From: Scenedesmus sp. PABB004
Lineage: Eukaryota
DNA length: 64,000 nt
Assembly (NCBI GenBank): GCA_014905635.1
Contig: CM026547.1
Span: forward strand, 310,001 to 374,000
Reading direction: 5' to 3'
A program made the translations under genes and the position numbers. Positions 28,980 to 46,897 of the stretch are shown here, in pieces. Every line of letters begins with the position of its first letter. The stretch's first letter is position 1. The notes below the pieces were generated by a model. The model was not told where the DNA came from and made no database searches. It saw nothing but the letters and a program-made list of their open reading frames with translations.

Positions 28980-30592
28980 CAGCAGCAGCAGGAGCGGCAG
29001 CAGGAGCAGCAGGGGCAGGGGCGGGCGGCGCAGGCAGACAGGCCCCCCCAGCGTGGCCGCCTGGGGCGCCTGGGACGGGGCATGGTGACGGGCCTCCAGC
29101 AGCTGCAGCAGCAGCTGCAGGACGGCCTGCTGCAGGGGGTGAGCCGCCGCGCCGAGCGCGCGGGCGCGCGCGGCGCGGGCGGCGCGGGCGGCGTCCGCGC
29201 GCGGGCGCGCGCGCGCACAGCTGCAACGCGCCGCGCACCGCCGGCGCTGCCGCAGGTTGACAAGGTGCGCGAGTCGAGCGGGCTGCAGCGCGCTCTGAAT
29301 GAGGTCGACTCGCAGCTGCAGTGGCTGCAGCAGCAGCAGCCCGGCAGCGTGCTGCACAGCCTCGGGCAGAAGCTCTCCGCGGCGGGCGGCCTCGTCGCGG
29401 GCGGCGGCGGCGGCGCCGCGGCCGGCGCCGGCGCCTCGCTCTCGCTCGGCGAGCTCGAGCCGCGGCTGAGCTCGCTGGAGGCGATTGAGTGCGTGGTGGA
29501 CCCCTGCCGCTTCCTGCCCACGCCCGGCTGGCCCTCGCTCGCGGCCGACCTTGCCGCGTTTGCGCACGGCGCGAGCAGCACCGAGCGGCGCGTCTTTGTC
29601 GTCGCCGCCGGCAGCATGATCGCGGAGCTCGGCCGCCTGCGCGGCGCGGCGGCGGCGGCGGCGGCGACGATGGGGGCAGAGGCGGGCGCGGGGCCGGGCG
29701 CCCCCGGCGACGCGGGCGCGGCGGCGCCCGCCGCGGGCGCCGAGCCTGCCGCGCGGCCCGCGGCGGGCGCGGCCGCCGAGCAGCAGCCGCAGGAGATGCA
29801 GCTTGATGAGCTGCTGCGCCAGCTGCAGCAGCTCGCCGCCGACCCCGTGCCCGGCGTGCGCTGCGGCGTCGCGGCGGTCGCCGGCGGCCTGCTGGGGCAC
29901 CGCGAGGCGCTCAGCCCCGTGAGCAAGGCAGCGGGCGGCTCGGCGCCAGGCGACGCCAGGCTCGGCGCCGCGCTGGCGCTGGGCTCGGCGGCCGCCGCAG
30001 CGGCGGCTGCGGCGACGGCCGGGGGCGGCGAGCCCGGCGCGCCGGCGCCGCCCGCAGCGGAGGCGCGCGGCGACGGCGCCGAGGGGGGGCTGCCGGACGG
30101 CATGGTCGCTGCGCTGCAGAGCTGCCTGTCGCGCCTGGAGCTGGACACCTGCGCCGCCGTCGCCGACGCCGCGCAGCACGGCATGGGCGCGCCGGAGCTG
30201 GACCTGGCGTCGGGCGGCGACGCAGCGGAGGCGCCCTCCGCCAGCGGCGCGGGCGCTGCTGAAGCGGCGGCGACGCCGGCGCCGGCGGCGGCGCACCCGC
30301 CGCCGGCGTGTGCAGCGGTCGTCGGCGGCGCCGCGGCTGCGAGCGCGGCCGCCGTCGCCGCTGCTGTCGGCGCGGCGGCGAGCGCCGGCGCGGCCGCGCC
30401 GCCCGGCGCGGCGCTGGGCGCTTGGCGCGGCGGCGAGCGGCGAGCGCATGCGCGGTGGTGGCGCTGCCCGCGGCGGCCGGCGCCGAGGCCGGGGCCCCGG
30501 GCGGCGACGGCGCTGCCGTTGGCAGCGCGACCGCGCCGCCCGCGGCGGCCGGCGCCGAGGCTGGGGGGACGGGCTTGGGTGACGGCGCCTGA
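24921..30592 (+). CDS. HEAT-repeat protein, protein phosphatase 4 regulatory subunit 1 (PP4R1)-like; multi-exon
   Basis: N-terminal [17 protein letters not shown], then HEAT signatures [56 protein letters not shown] and [10 protein letters not shown]. The 3' end is placed at stop 30592, which needs a frame change near 30420. TGTAA follows at 30705. Confidence 0.65.
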
Positions 30593-30704
30593 ACGAACGC
30601 GCCGCCGTGTGTTGTACATCAGCAACAGCAACCCTGTGGGGGTCGGCTATGAGCTTGCGCGGGCTGAACTCGATGGGGCGGCGCGCCACGCTGAACCCGG
30701 CCGC

Positions 30705-30709
30705 TGTAA
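30705..30709 (+). terminator. TGTAA polyadenylation signal (HEAT gene)
   Basis: The canonical chlorophyte poly(A) signal, about 110 nt after the proposed stop. Confidence 0.6.
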
Positions 30710-30762
30710 ATGCACTGACTGCGCCAGCGACCCCGGGCAGGGCGCCTGCCTGCAGGACGCGT

Positions 30763-30767
30763 TTACA
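30763..30767 (-). terminator. TGTAA polyadenylation signal (histone H3)
   Basis: TTACA on the + strand, about 290 nt downstream of the H3 stop. Confidence 0.65.
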
Positions 30768-31055
30768 CGTAGTGATACAACTCAGCGAGCCGCACACGCA
30801 GGCACGACGCGTGCGCGCGCGCCGCCAGCCGCGCCGAGGCGCCGCGGCGCCGTCGCGGCGCTGCCCTCACTGCCGATGCGCGGTGCCGCCGCTGCCGCCC
30901 TCCCAACGCCGGCGCGCTTATTGGCCGACCGCCCCGCCCGCCCGCGCGTCGCGCCGCCGGCGACGCGGCCCCCTGCCCCGTGCGCGCGCGCGCTGCTGTT
31001 GCCAGCGCGCGACCCGCTGCCGCCGCCCCGCGGCGCGCCGCCCGTGCGTGCGGGC

Positions 31056-32298
<1,243 letters not shown>

Positions 32299-34015
32299 TC
32301 ACTGCTTCGCGCCCTCGAGGCACCGCACCGGCTCCGGCTTGGCCCCGGCCGGCGCTTCGAGCGGCGCGTCGGCGGCGAGCGCGTGCGTGCTGGCGACCTT
32401 GTAGACCGCGCCAAAGAGCTGGCCCTTGCTCGTGATGCGCGGGATGGCCTGCCGGCGGCGGGCGAGGCCGCGGCGGGCGAGGGCCCGCGGCGGGTGAGGT
32501 CGCGGCGTGCGTGCCAGGCGGCGGCGGCGGCGCGGCGGCGGTGCGCACCTTGACGCCGCGCCAGTGCGTGCCGTCGCTGTCGACGAGGAAGCTCAGCAGC
32601 TGGCCCGGCCAGTCGCCCTCGCTGATCACCCAGCCGCGGTTGCCGGGGCTGTACGCGACGGTGTGCTTGGTGCTCGCAAAGAGCGTGCCTGCGCCGGCGG
32701 CGGCGCGCCGCGCGGGGCGCGCGTCGGCACCGCGGCGCGCGCCGCCAGCGGCGCGGCGGCCGGCCGCGCGCGTTGCGTCGCGCACGCACCCGGCGGGAAG
32801 AGCGTGGCGGTGGGGTCGCAGCCGTCCATGTCGTTCAGGTGGCTGCCCAGCAGCAGCTGGCCCTCCTCAGTCGCACCCCAGTACAGCGGCTGGCTGCCCT
32901 CAGCGTCGCTGCGGCCCAGGCGAGCGCGGGCGCGCGCGCACGTCGGTGCGTGGGCGCGCGAGCGGGGTGCAGGCAGCCACCGGGCGCCGCGCGTGCTGCC
33001 TGGCGTGCCCGCCGCCGCGCTCGCGCGCCGCACGCACCGCGCCGCAAAGACGCGCTTCTGCACCTCGTCGTATATCACAAACGCAAAGCTGCCCTTGACC
33101 TGCGCCGCGGGCAGGGGCGGCGGTGGCGGTGGCGCGCGCCGCGTCGGCACGCGGCCGCGGCCGCGAGCAGCGCGCGGGCCGGGCGCGGCGCGGCCCCGCG
33201 CGGGCGGGCGGCGGCGCGCCTTTGCGAGGCACTCGAGCGCGCGGTCGGTCGTGTCCTCGGCGTGCGCCGACATGAAGCTGGAGTAGAAGTCGAGCAGCCA
33301 GTGGGCGTCGTTCTTCTCAGGCGGCTCCTCGCCGCGCACAAAAGCTGCGGCGCGGCGCGGCGCGGGCCGGGTGTGGCGGGCGCGGCGGGCGCGGCAGGCG
33401 CGAGGGAGTGCGCGCGCGCCGCGTGCGGCGCGCACCGTCGTGCGCGGCGGCGACGGCGGAGATGCCGGGCCAGTCGGAGACCTCGCCCGCGAGCACGACG
33501 TGCACGCCGTCGCGGTGCGCAAAGGAGCAGAACGGCGAGGCCTCGAACGAGAAGCCGTTGCCGTGCCCCAGCAGCGCCATCTTGCGGCTCTCGGGGCGGC
33601 TGTGCTCGAACGCCACCGCCAGCTTGGCCTTGCAGACCTCCTGCGCGCGGACGGCGGGGGCCCGGCGCGCGGCGGCGCGGTGTGAGCTGGCGACGGCGGC
33701 ACCTGGCGCCCCGCCCCAGCGGCGTGGCGTGCGCGCGGCCTGCCCGACGGGATGGAGGCGGCAGGGGCGTGCCGATCCGGCGCCGCGGGCGGTGTCGGGG
33801 GCGCGGGGCGCTCCAGGCCCGCTGCAGCAGATTGCCCGCTCTCCCGGGCCGCGCGCGTGGGCGCCCGGCATCGCGGCCGCCAATGCACGCGCCTCGGCGT
33901 GCGTCTCGTCGTCGCCGGGGCGCCGGTGGGGCTGCTCCGCGAGCTTGTAGCTCTCGAGCAGCTCGGGCGGGCGCGCCGTCTCGCGGTCGAACACGGCGAG
34001 CATGTGGAAGACCAT
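32299..34015 (-). CDS. Wali7/aluminium-induced/TSJT1-like protein (Ntn-hydrolase fold, DUF3700); multi-exon
   Basis: MLAVFDRETARPPELL, VKGSFAFVIYD...VFAAR|DAEGSQPLYWG...LLLGS, FPPG|TLF and AIPRITSKGQLFGAVYKV. Confidence 0.88.
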
Positions 34016-34431
34016 GTTTGTAGATGCAGCGGGAGCGTCGTGGTGGGACGTCGGTGACTGGACGCCGCGCGCCGGCTGCGCGCTCCTCGGGCAGCGCGGC
34101 GGGCGTGCCGCTCATGCGCAGGCCCTGGAGACGGGCACAGGCTTCCCCGATGCCGCCGCCCGCGGTCACACAACCCTCCCGGTGCAGCGAGCGTCGTGCG
34201 ATCCGCTCGCGCCCGCCTCGGGTCCCCTTCGCCTGCAGGCGGCGGCGGTTGGCGGCGCTGCTGCTCGCGCGCCCGCGCGCCGCACAGCCCCGGGGCGCCC
34301 CCCCTGAACGCGCTGTCGGCGCCGTGACCGAGCGCAGCGCCCGGTTCCAGCACCGCGGCCGCGCGCCGGTCCCGCAGCCCGCAGCGCGGCGGTCGCCATC
34401 AGCAGCAGCGGCGCCGCGCCGCGCAGCAGCC

Positions 34432-37400
34432 ATGGACGACATCAGCAGCCTCCTCTCGGCGCTGCAGAGCACTCAGGAGAAGAAGAGCAGCGTGCGGCTG
34501 AGCGAGCGCAACGTGGTGGAGCTGGTGATGAAGCTGAAGCAGCTCGGCATCTTTGGCGACGAGCTGCTGCATACGATCAACGGCCGCGAGTACATCACGA
34601 CGTCGCGGCTCAAGGCCGACGTTGCGGCCGCGCTGCGCCAGGCGGGCGGCCGCCTGGAGCTGAGCGAGCTGCCCGCACTCGTGGGCGTCGACCTCGTGCA
34701 CTGCGAGAAGCAGGCGCGGCGCGCGGCGGCCGGGCGGCGCGGCGCCGGCGGCCGCCCGGCGGCGCGCGGCGGCGCTGGCGGCGGCCGTGCAGCACGGCGC
34801 GCGTGGCGGGGCGCGCTTGCTGACCGGCAGCGCGCCGCCGCCGCGCGCAGGCGGCGCTGATCGTGGCGGAGAGCGGCGGCGCGGTGCGCGAGGCGCAGGG
34901 GGAGCTGATGACGACCGACTACTTCGACGCGCTCGCTGTGGAGGTCAACGACCTCCTGCAGGCGCGTGGGGGCCAACGTGGCGGCAGCGGCGCCTGCGCG
35001 CGCGGGCCGACGTGGCGGCAGCGGCGCGGGCCGCGCCGCGGCGCGCTCAGGGCACGCGGCCTGCCGACGTCACCGCATCCGCCGTCGCGTCTGCCGCAGG
35101 AGTCGGGCGTGCTGAGCATGGCCGACCTGGCGGTCGCGTACAGCCTCAACACCGAGCTGCTGCGCGGCGCGGTCGCGGCGCGCGTCGGCGCCGGCATCGC
35201 GGGCCAGCTCGACGGCGGGCTGCTCTTCACGCCGGCGTACGTGCGCAACGTCAAGGCCCAGCTGCGCGGCGCGCTGCGCGGCACCGACGCGCCCGCCGCG
35301 CTCGCGGGCCTCGTGCGCGAGCTCGGGCTCGAGGGCGCCGGCGGCGCCGCGCCGATGGTCGCGGGCCTCGTGGAGGAGCTGCTCGCCGAGGGCGCCGTGC
35401 GCGGCAGCACCAAGGGCGGCGGCGGCGGGTGGGTGCCGGCGGTGTACACCGCCGCGCAGGCGGGCGCGGTCGCGGGCTTTTACGCGCAGAACGGCTGGGT
35501 CCCGTACGAGCTCGTGCGCAAGTCGGGCATCAGCGGAGAGCGAGCCTACCTGCGCGCAAACTTCCCCGACGGCACGCCGCTCGAGTCGGGTGGGTTGCGT
35601 TGCGGCGGCGCGGCGGCGCGGCCGCGCGGCGCGCGCGCCAGCGCCGCGGCCGGCGCTCACGTGCGCGGCGCGCGCGCCGGCGCACGTGCGCAGTGTACGT
35701 GTCGCCGTCGCTGGTGGGCCAGGCCGAGGCGGCGCTGGACGAGGCGCTGCGCAACGCGTCGTGGCTGGACGTCGCGACCGTGCTGCCGCCGTCGCTCGGC
35801 GCGGGCGACGTCGCGGCGCTGCTCGAGCTCTGCGGCGACCCCGCCAAGGACGGGCGCGGCCAGGCGCGTGACGGCGGCAGCGGGGCCTGCGCGCACGCGC
35901 GCGGGCAAGCTGCGCCGCCGCCGCGGCAGCGCCGACGCCGACGCGGCGCCGCGCCGCGCCGCCGCTGCGCAGATCCTTGCGAGCACGTGCGTGGTCGGCG
36001 CGCCCATCATCGACGGCGTGCGCGAGGCGGCGCAGGCGCTCGCCAAGCAGGAGGCGGACAAGGCCGCGGCGGAGCGCAAGCGCTCGGCGGGCGCGGCGGC
36101 CAGCAACGGCGCCAACAACGGCGGCGCCGCCGCTGGCGCCGCCGGCGGCAAGAAGGGCGCAGCTGCGTCCAAGGTGGGCCCGGCCGCGGCACTGCGGGCT
36201 CCTCCCGCGCGCGCGCGCGCGCCTGCCGCTGAAGCTCCCCGCGCGCACAACGGCGCGTGGCGCCGCTCGCACAGGACGACGCCGACAGCGACGATGACTG
36301 GGGCATGGGAGGAGGAAAGAAGGGCAAGAAGGGCAAGGCCGGCGGCAAGCCCGCCAAGGCCGGCGGCGCCAAGGGCGGCGGCGGCGGCGGCGGCAAGCAG
36401 CAGCAGAAGAGCGGCGGCGGCGCCGGCGAGCCCGGCGCGGCGCTGAGCGTGGCGGCGCTGGCGGCGCTGGTGCTGGAGCAGCACCCCGACATGGAGGACG
36501 CGGGTGCGCGGCGCGCCACGCAAGGGCGCCGCGCACGCGCGCGCTGCGCACCAGCCTGCGGCACCCAACCACCGTTTTTTGCTGTGCGCGCTGCGCTTCC
36601 GCCTCCTGTCGGCGCAGGCCCGAGCGGCGGCCTCGCCAAGGCGATCGCAGAGGTGGTGCGGCCCGCGGCGCTGGCGGCATACCAGGTGCGCCGCGGGGCG
36701 GCCCAGGCCGCGCGGTGCCGCCTCCGCCCCTCCCCCTGCACAGTGTGCACTCAACCGTGCTCACCCGCCCGCCCCGCGGCCTGCGCCCCCGCAGGAGGCG
36801 CTCGCGAGCGTGTTTACGAGCGGCGCCGAGGCGCGGCGCAAGCTCAAGGACGCCGCGCAGCGCGGCCTCGAGGAGGCGTTCACGCTGCTGCAGCTCTACG
36901 AGCGCGGCTGCGAGCTGGTGCAGGTCCGCGCACCGCGGGCGCGCGCGGGCGCCGGCGGCGCGCGCGCCGCGCAGCCGGCGCCGGGCGCCCGTCGCCGGCG
37001 CGCCCACCGCCGCCGCGCCGGGCCGCGCGCCGCCGCCGCACGCCGTGCGCGCCGCAGGCGGACGAGGCGACGCTGCCGGTCATGCAGCGCCACCTGCTGC
37101 GCAGCACGGGCACCGACGCGCTCGACTGGCTGCTCTCGTGGTGCAAGTGGGAGTTTGAGGAGCAGGAGCCGCCCGGCGACGCGAGCGCCGCGCTGCACGC
37201 GTTCGCCAGCCCCGGCGAGCGCTCGGCGCTGGTCAAGGCGCTGCCGCCGGACGTGGGCCAGCCGCTGGCCCGGGCGCTCGAGGCGGCCAACGGCGCCGAC
37301 GCGCAGGTGCGCGGGGGGCTTGGCCTGGGCAGGCCGCGCGCCGCGTCGCGTGCCGCCGCGAGGCGCGGCGCGGCGCTCACGGGCGCACGCGCCGCCCGCC

Positions 37401-37848
37401 GCGCGCGCCGCAGGAGCTGGTCGCGGCGCTGGAGGCCGCGGCGGGGGAGTGCGGGATGCGGCTGCGGCGGCTGGACAAGAAGGGCGAGAAGGCGCTGCTT
37501 GCGGGGCACAAGGCGCGGCTCATGGCGGCGCTCGACGCCGAGGCGGCGCCCGCGCCTGCGCTCGCGCTCGCGCTGCCGCTGCTCGCGCTCAAGGTCGGCG
37601 GCCGGCTCGTCAACGTGCCCGGCCGCGCGATCGGCGGCGTGCTGGCCGCGCTCGCGCCGGACATGCCGCCGGACGACGCCGCCGCGGTCAGCCGCTTCCA
37701 CGGCCTCGTCGTCGACAGCCTCAAGCTCCAGGCGCGCGGCGGCGCCGCCGACGCGGACGGCGGCGGCGCCGAGGCGGCGGCGCTGGGCGAGGCGCTCGTG
37801 GCGGCGCTGCCCGTGCTGAAGGCGCTCGTCGGCGTCGGGGGCGCGTGA
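34432..37848 (+). CDS. UFL1: E3 UFM1-protein ligase 1; multi-exon
   Basis: LQSTQEKKSSVRLSERNVVELVMKL...LLHTINGREYIT, GGRLEL, GELMTTDYFD, LFTPAYV...AQLRGALRG, FYAQNGWVPY, a Lys-rich segment, QRHLLRSTG and LDKKGEK. Confidence 0.93.
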
Positions 37849-37959
37849 CGTGATGTGACGAGCGGCGTTGCAACCGTTGCGCGGTGGCGCTCACCCCCCG
37901 TCCTCCCCTCCGGACAGCAGTCCCGTGCGCGGCAGCACTCGGTCGCGGCAGCGCAGGCA

Positions 37960-39015
37960 ATGGCGGCAGCAGCCACGCGCGGCAGCAGCAGCGCAGCCGC
38001 CGCCGGCGGCCGCGGCGCGACTGCGCCGCCGCTGCGGCGGCGCAGCGCCCGTCCGGCGACTCTCCGTAGCGCGGCAAGCACGCCGCTGCGCTGCCGTGCC
38101 GTCCCCGGCGCCCCTGCGGCGGCCGCGGCGAGCAGCGGCGGGTCGGCGGCGGAGGACGAGGCATGGATGCGCCTGGCGCTGGAGCAGGCGGCCGCGGCGT
38201 CGCGCGAGGGCGAGGTCCCCGTCGGCGCGGTGCTGGTGGCGGGCGGGCAGCTGCTGGCGGCGGCGCGCAACGCCGTGGAGGCGCGCGCGAGCCCGCTCGC
38301 GCACGCCGAGCTGCTCGCGCTCACCGCGGCCGCGGAGGCGCGGCAGGCGTGGCGCCTGGCCGACGCCACGCTGTACGTGACGCTGGAGCCCTGCCCGATG
38401 TGCGCCGGCGCGGCGCTGCAGGCGCGGCTCGCCCGCGTCGTGTACGGCGCGCGGCAGCCGCGCCTCGGCGCCGACGGCAGCTGGGTCGCGCTGCTGCCGC
38501 AGGCGCCGCCCGCGGCGACGGAGGCGATGGGCGGTGAGACGCGCGGCGGCGGCGCGTGGGTGCTGCGCGAATCGGCCGCGCTCGTCGGCCGGGTGCTGAG
38601 CACCACGCCCCGCCGCCGCCGCCGCCGATGCCGCGCAGGCCCCGCGCCGCCGCCGACCGGGCCCGCGTCGGCGCCGGCAGCCCCCGCGGCGCCCGACGGC
38701 CCCGCCGCGCCGCCGCCGCCGGCGCCCGCAGCGCAGCGCCTCGCGCTGGCGGGGCCCGCGCCGGTCGTGCTGCCGGTGGGGCCGCACCCCTTTCACCCAG
38801 ACATGTCGGTCACGCGCGGCGTGCTCGAGCGCGAGTGCGCGGCGCTCATAGTAGACTTTTTCAAGCGCCGGCGCGCGCAGGCAAAGTCTGAGCGGGCGGC
38901 GGCCGGGGAGGCGGCGGCTCGCGAGGCGGCGGTCGGAGTGCTTGCGGCGGGTGAGGACGGTGGCGGGGCGGCTGGCGGCGGCGGTGCGGCTGGGGGCGGG
39001 GGCGGCGAGGGCTGA
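37960..39015 (+). CDS. TADA: tRNA adenosine(34) deaminase, plastid TadA-type
   Basis: WMRLAL..GEVPVGAVLV, HAE, WRLADATLYVTLEPCPMCAGA, GADGSW and PHPFHP...RGVL..EC...FFKRRR. A short in-frame intron is possible at ~38534-38638. The N-terminus is transit-peptide-like. Confidence 0.92.
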   Translation: MAAAATRGSSSAAAAGGRGATAPPLRRRSARPATLRSAASTPLRCRAVPGAPAAAAASSGGSAAEDEAWMRLALEQAAAASREGEVPVGAVLVAGGQLLAAARNAVEARASPLAHAELLALTAAAEARQAWRLADATLYVTLEPCPMCAGAALQARLARVVYGARQPRLGADGSWVALLPQAPPAATEAMGGETRGGGAWVLRESAALVGRVLSTTPRRRRRRCRAGPAPPPTGPASAPAAPAAPDGPAAPPPPAPAAQRLALAGPAPVVLPVGPHPFHPDMSVTRGVLERECAALIVDFFKRRRAQAKSERAAAGEAAAREAAVGVLAAGEDGGGAAGGGGAAGGGGGEG

Positions 39016-39254
39016 AATCCCGGGAGAGGCGGCTGACGCTTCCACGCGAGCGCGTGCCGGCCAGAACCGCGGCGGCCCACCGCGGCGGCCCCCGCGCGCC
39101 GCCCTCCCGCACCACGCGCGGCGGCCCGCCCCATTCTGCGGTGGCCCCGACATCCCGCTCAGCCGCTCTCCTCGCCATGGCGCGCACCAAGCAGAGCTCG
39201 CGCCCGGCGGCGACGTCGTGAGGCAGGCGCCGGCCGCCGCCCTCCGGCGCGAGC

Positions 39255-40818
39255 ATGGAGCGCTGGCTGCCCGCCCGCCTGTGGGGAGGCGCTCCGCGAC
39301 TCTTCCGCGCAAAGGAGGACGCGACGCAGAGAGACGCCCACATCGAGCTCGAGCTCGTCGGCGGCGACAGCGGTGGCGCTCAGCTCGTGGCGCTGCGGCA
39401 GCTCAGCGCGGCAGAGGCAGCGCAGCAGGGCGCCGGTGCGGAGGAGGAGGAGGAGGGGGCGCCGCAGCAGGCGCTGCCGCCGCCGGCGCTCGACGCGGCG
39501 GCAGCGGCAGCCGACCCGCTGAGCGAGCCGGAGCAGCCGCTGCCGGAGCAGCAGCAGCAGGAGCAGCAGACAGAGCAGGAGCAGGAGCAGCAGACAGAGC
39601 AGGAGCAGCAGCAGGAGCAGCAGACAGAGCAGCAGCAGTGCGCGTGGCCGCGCGCCAACGGCGGCGACAGCGAGCACTGCCCGCCGGTGGCGAGCGCAGG
39701 CGCGGGCCGCAGCGTTGGCCGCCGAGCCACCACCGCGGCTGCCGCGCCCGAGGGCGACGGCGACAGCGGCCGTGGCAGCAGCGGCGGCGGCGGCAGCAGT
39801 GGCGGCGGCACCAGTGGCGGCGGCACCAGTGGCGGCGGCGCCGGGGGCGCCAGCAGAATTCCCCGCGTCTCGGGCCCGCGCAGCTGGCCCGCGGAGCTGC
39901 TCCCCCCTGCGCAGCTCTGGCCGGAGGAGGCGGACGACGCCGCCATCAGTCGGGAGGAGCGGACGCTGCGCAGCTGGCTCAACTCGCTGCTGCGCCGCAG
40001 CCGCGGCAGCAGCGGCGGCGCGGCGGGAGGCGGCGCGGCGACGCACCGCGCCAGCAGCAGCGGCGACGGGGGCGCCGCCAGCGGCGCGCGGGCGGGCGGG
40101 CAGCTCGGCGAGCTGTCGGCGCTCAGCGCGCCCGTGCCGGAGCCGTGCGCCGACGGCGGCGGAGGCGCACGCGGCGCGCCTGCCGCAGCCAGGCCGGCGC
40201 CGCCGCGCGGCGACTTTAGCTTTTCCAGCATCAGCAGCCTGTTTGGCGACGAGGTGCGCTCGGGCGTGCTGCTGCTGGAGCTGCTGGACCACTGGCGCCC
40301 GGGCTGCGTGGACTGGCGCCGCGCCAACCGCACGTTTGAGGGCCAGGCAGCCCAGCTGCGCTGCATGGAGAACCTGGACCTGGCGCTTAAGCTTGCCCAG
40401 GTGCGCCGCGGCCCTCGGGCCGCGCGGGTGCCGCCGCCGCCGCCGCCGCCGCCGCCGCCCCGCCGGCGGCGCCCGAGGTGCGGCCCGCCGCGCCTGCCGC
40501 CCGCCGCGCAGTGCGCGCTGGGGCTGCGTCTGGTGAGTTGCAGCCCGCGGGACGTGTTCCTGGGGCGGCGCAAGATCATTCTGGGGCTCTTCTATCAGCT
40601 GATGCGGTGGCACACCTTCGAAACGCTCGACCTGCTCGCCGCGGCGGCGGCGCGTGGCGGCGCGGCGCCGTCGCAGCAGCAGCAGGGCCAGCAGGAGCGG
40701 GAGGCGCAGCAGCTGCAGGAGCAGCAGCAGCAGCAGCAGCAGGACGAGCGGCAGCAGCAGCAGCAGCTCGAGGGGCGGCCGGGCGAAGCGCAGGCGCCGC
40801 CGCGGGGCCCCGGCCCGC

Positions 40819-40879
<61 letters not shown>

Positions 40880-41282
40880 GCTCGGCCGCCGGCGGGGCGT
40901 GAGCGAGGCCGACATTCTGGCCTGGGCCAACGCGCGGCTCGTGCGCGCGGCGCCGCCCGGCGGCGCGCCGCCCGCGGTGCTGCGCTCGTTCCGCGACCCC
41001 GAGCTGCGCTCGGGCGTGGCGCTGCTGTCCCTCCTCGGCGCGGTCGCGCCGGGCGAGGTCGACGCGGCGTTCGTTTCGCGGGGGGAGACGCCGGAGGAGC
41101 GCGCGAGCAACGCGCGCTTCCTGCTCGCGACGGCCGAGCGGCTCGGCGTGTCGCTCTTCCTCGTCGCCGACGACCTCGTCGACCCCTCCGCCTCCACGCG
41201 CACGCGCATGGCGCTCGTGTTTGTCGCCTCGTTGTGGGCGTGGGAGCTCGGGCGCGGCGGCGGCGGCGGCGGCGGCGGCTGA
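39255..41282 (+). CDS. Fimbrin/plastin-like protein with only the second actin-binding domain (CH3+CH4)
   Basis: CH3: SREERTLRSWLNSL, GVLLLELLD..PGCVDW, CMENLD, KIILGLFYQLMR. CH4: SEADILAWAN, RSFRDPEL, NARFLLATAERLG..LFLVADDLV. In-frame intron at ~40401-40511. Confidence 0.82.
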
Positions 41283-41365
41283 GCCACGGCGGCTGAGTGG
41301 CGGCGGTGGCGGCTGAGCGACGGCAGCTGAGCGGCGGCGGCGGCTGAGCGGCGGCGGCTGAGGGC
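41274..41365 (+). repeat. Degenerate GGCGGCTGAG tandem repeats at and after the fimbrin-like stop codon
   Basis: About six imperfect copies of the (GGC)nTGAG unit that contains the stop codon. Confidence 0.6.
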
Positions 41366-42047
41366 GCGGCCTGCGCCGCGCGGGTCCCGGGGCAGGGCGC
41401 AGCGGCGGCGGTCTCGGTGAACCGTTGCCGATTGCGCGCTGCGTTGCAGCATCGCTCGCGGTCAGTCCGGTGTCGCCGCGCGCTCTCGCGCCTGCCGCGT
41501 CGTCGCGCGGCCTGCAACGCACGGGACAGCAGTGCAGCTCCCGAGCCTCTTCCCGTCCTCCTCCTGCTCGGCGCCAGCGGGCCGGCGCTGCACGCGTTGC
41601 TGGGCGCGGGGGGCGTGTGAGTCGGTGGAGCGTCGCAGGACGGTCGCCGGGCCGCGTTCGGCGCTCCGGCAGGCCATCGCGCGCGCGCGAGACCCGGGGC
41701 CGCCAGCAGGCGGGCGCGCGGGGCGCAGTACCGTGGCCTTCGGCCTCCAGGTGCGCGCGCCGGTGGGGAGGGCCATCGAGCGGCGGCCATGCAGCGCCCG
41801 CGGCGGCGGCGCGGCGCGGCAGCAGCGGCGCGGGGCGCCGCTGCGCGGCCGGCCGGCCGCCCGCCCGGCACGGGGCAGGCCGACGCCGCCGCCAGCTTGC
41901 GTGCAACAGCAGCCCACCGCGCGCCCTGCCCGGCGGCCTCGGCGGCCGCGCCGCGCTGTGCAGCAGCGCCGCTGCGCTTCACCCGCCGCGCCCGACGCCG
42001 CCGCACGCCCCCCGCCGCGCGCCTCCCGCGCCTCCCGCGCAGGCGCG

Positions 42048-46156
<4,109 letters not shown>

Positions 46157-46897
46157 CCAGCCACGACACGGCGGCGCGCGGCGATCGGCGCGCGGCGCGT
46201 GGCGACGCAGGTGCAGGCGCTGCTGGGTGCTGGCCAGCCAGGCGCGGCGGGCGGGGGCGGGGCGGCGAGCGCGGGGCGCGGTGCGGTGCGGGCGCCGTGA
46301 TCAAGCGCAGGGCGGCACTTGGCAGCGGCGGGGGCACTTGCAGCGCGGCGGCTGCGGCGGGGTTCTTTGTTGGCGGCGGACGGGCAAGGCAACCTTCGGA
46401 CTTTGGCTAAGTAATGCCTCAGCAACCTCGCGTCACCCCGTCGCACCTCACTCGCTTGCCATCACCCCGCTCGCAGCGCTCCCCCGGCAGCCTACACCTA
46501 CGGCCGCGCGCCGGCGGCCTGCCTAGCTCAGTCGCGCGCAGTGCATGCTGCGCGTGCCCGTGCCGCCGCAGACGGCGCCGCCCGCCAGCCGGGCGGGCGG
46601 CGCGCGCTGTGTGAACGCGGCGGTGACTCAAAAGGCACAGTGCTCGCTGCTGCGAGGGGCATGCGTAAGGAATGCTGAGCGCGGCCGCGGGTCCGCCGCC
46701 GCAGCGCGCTGCTTGTCAGCAGCGGCGCCGCGCTCAGTGAGAGAGGGGTGGTCAGTCGCCGGTCCCGGCACGTCAAGAGCCGCCGCCGCGGCACGTGTGT
46801 CGGCCGCCGGCGCGGCGGCCGCGGCGTCAGGTCGGGCGCGCGGGCGCCGCGCCGCGCCGCGCGGCGCGGCCCCACAGGGGGCCGCTGCGCGCGCCGC

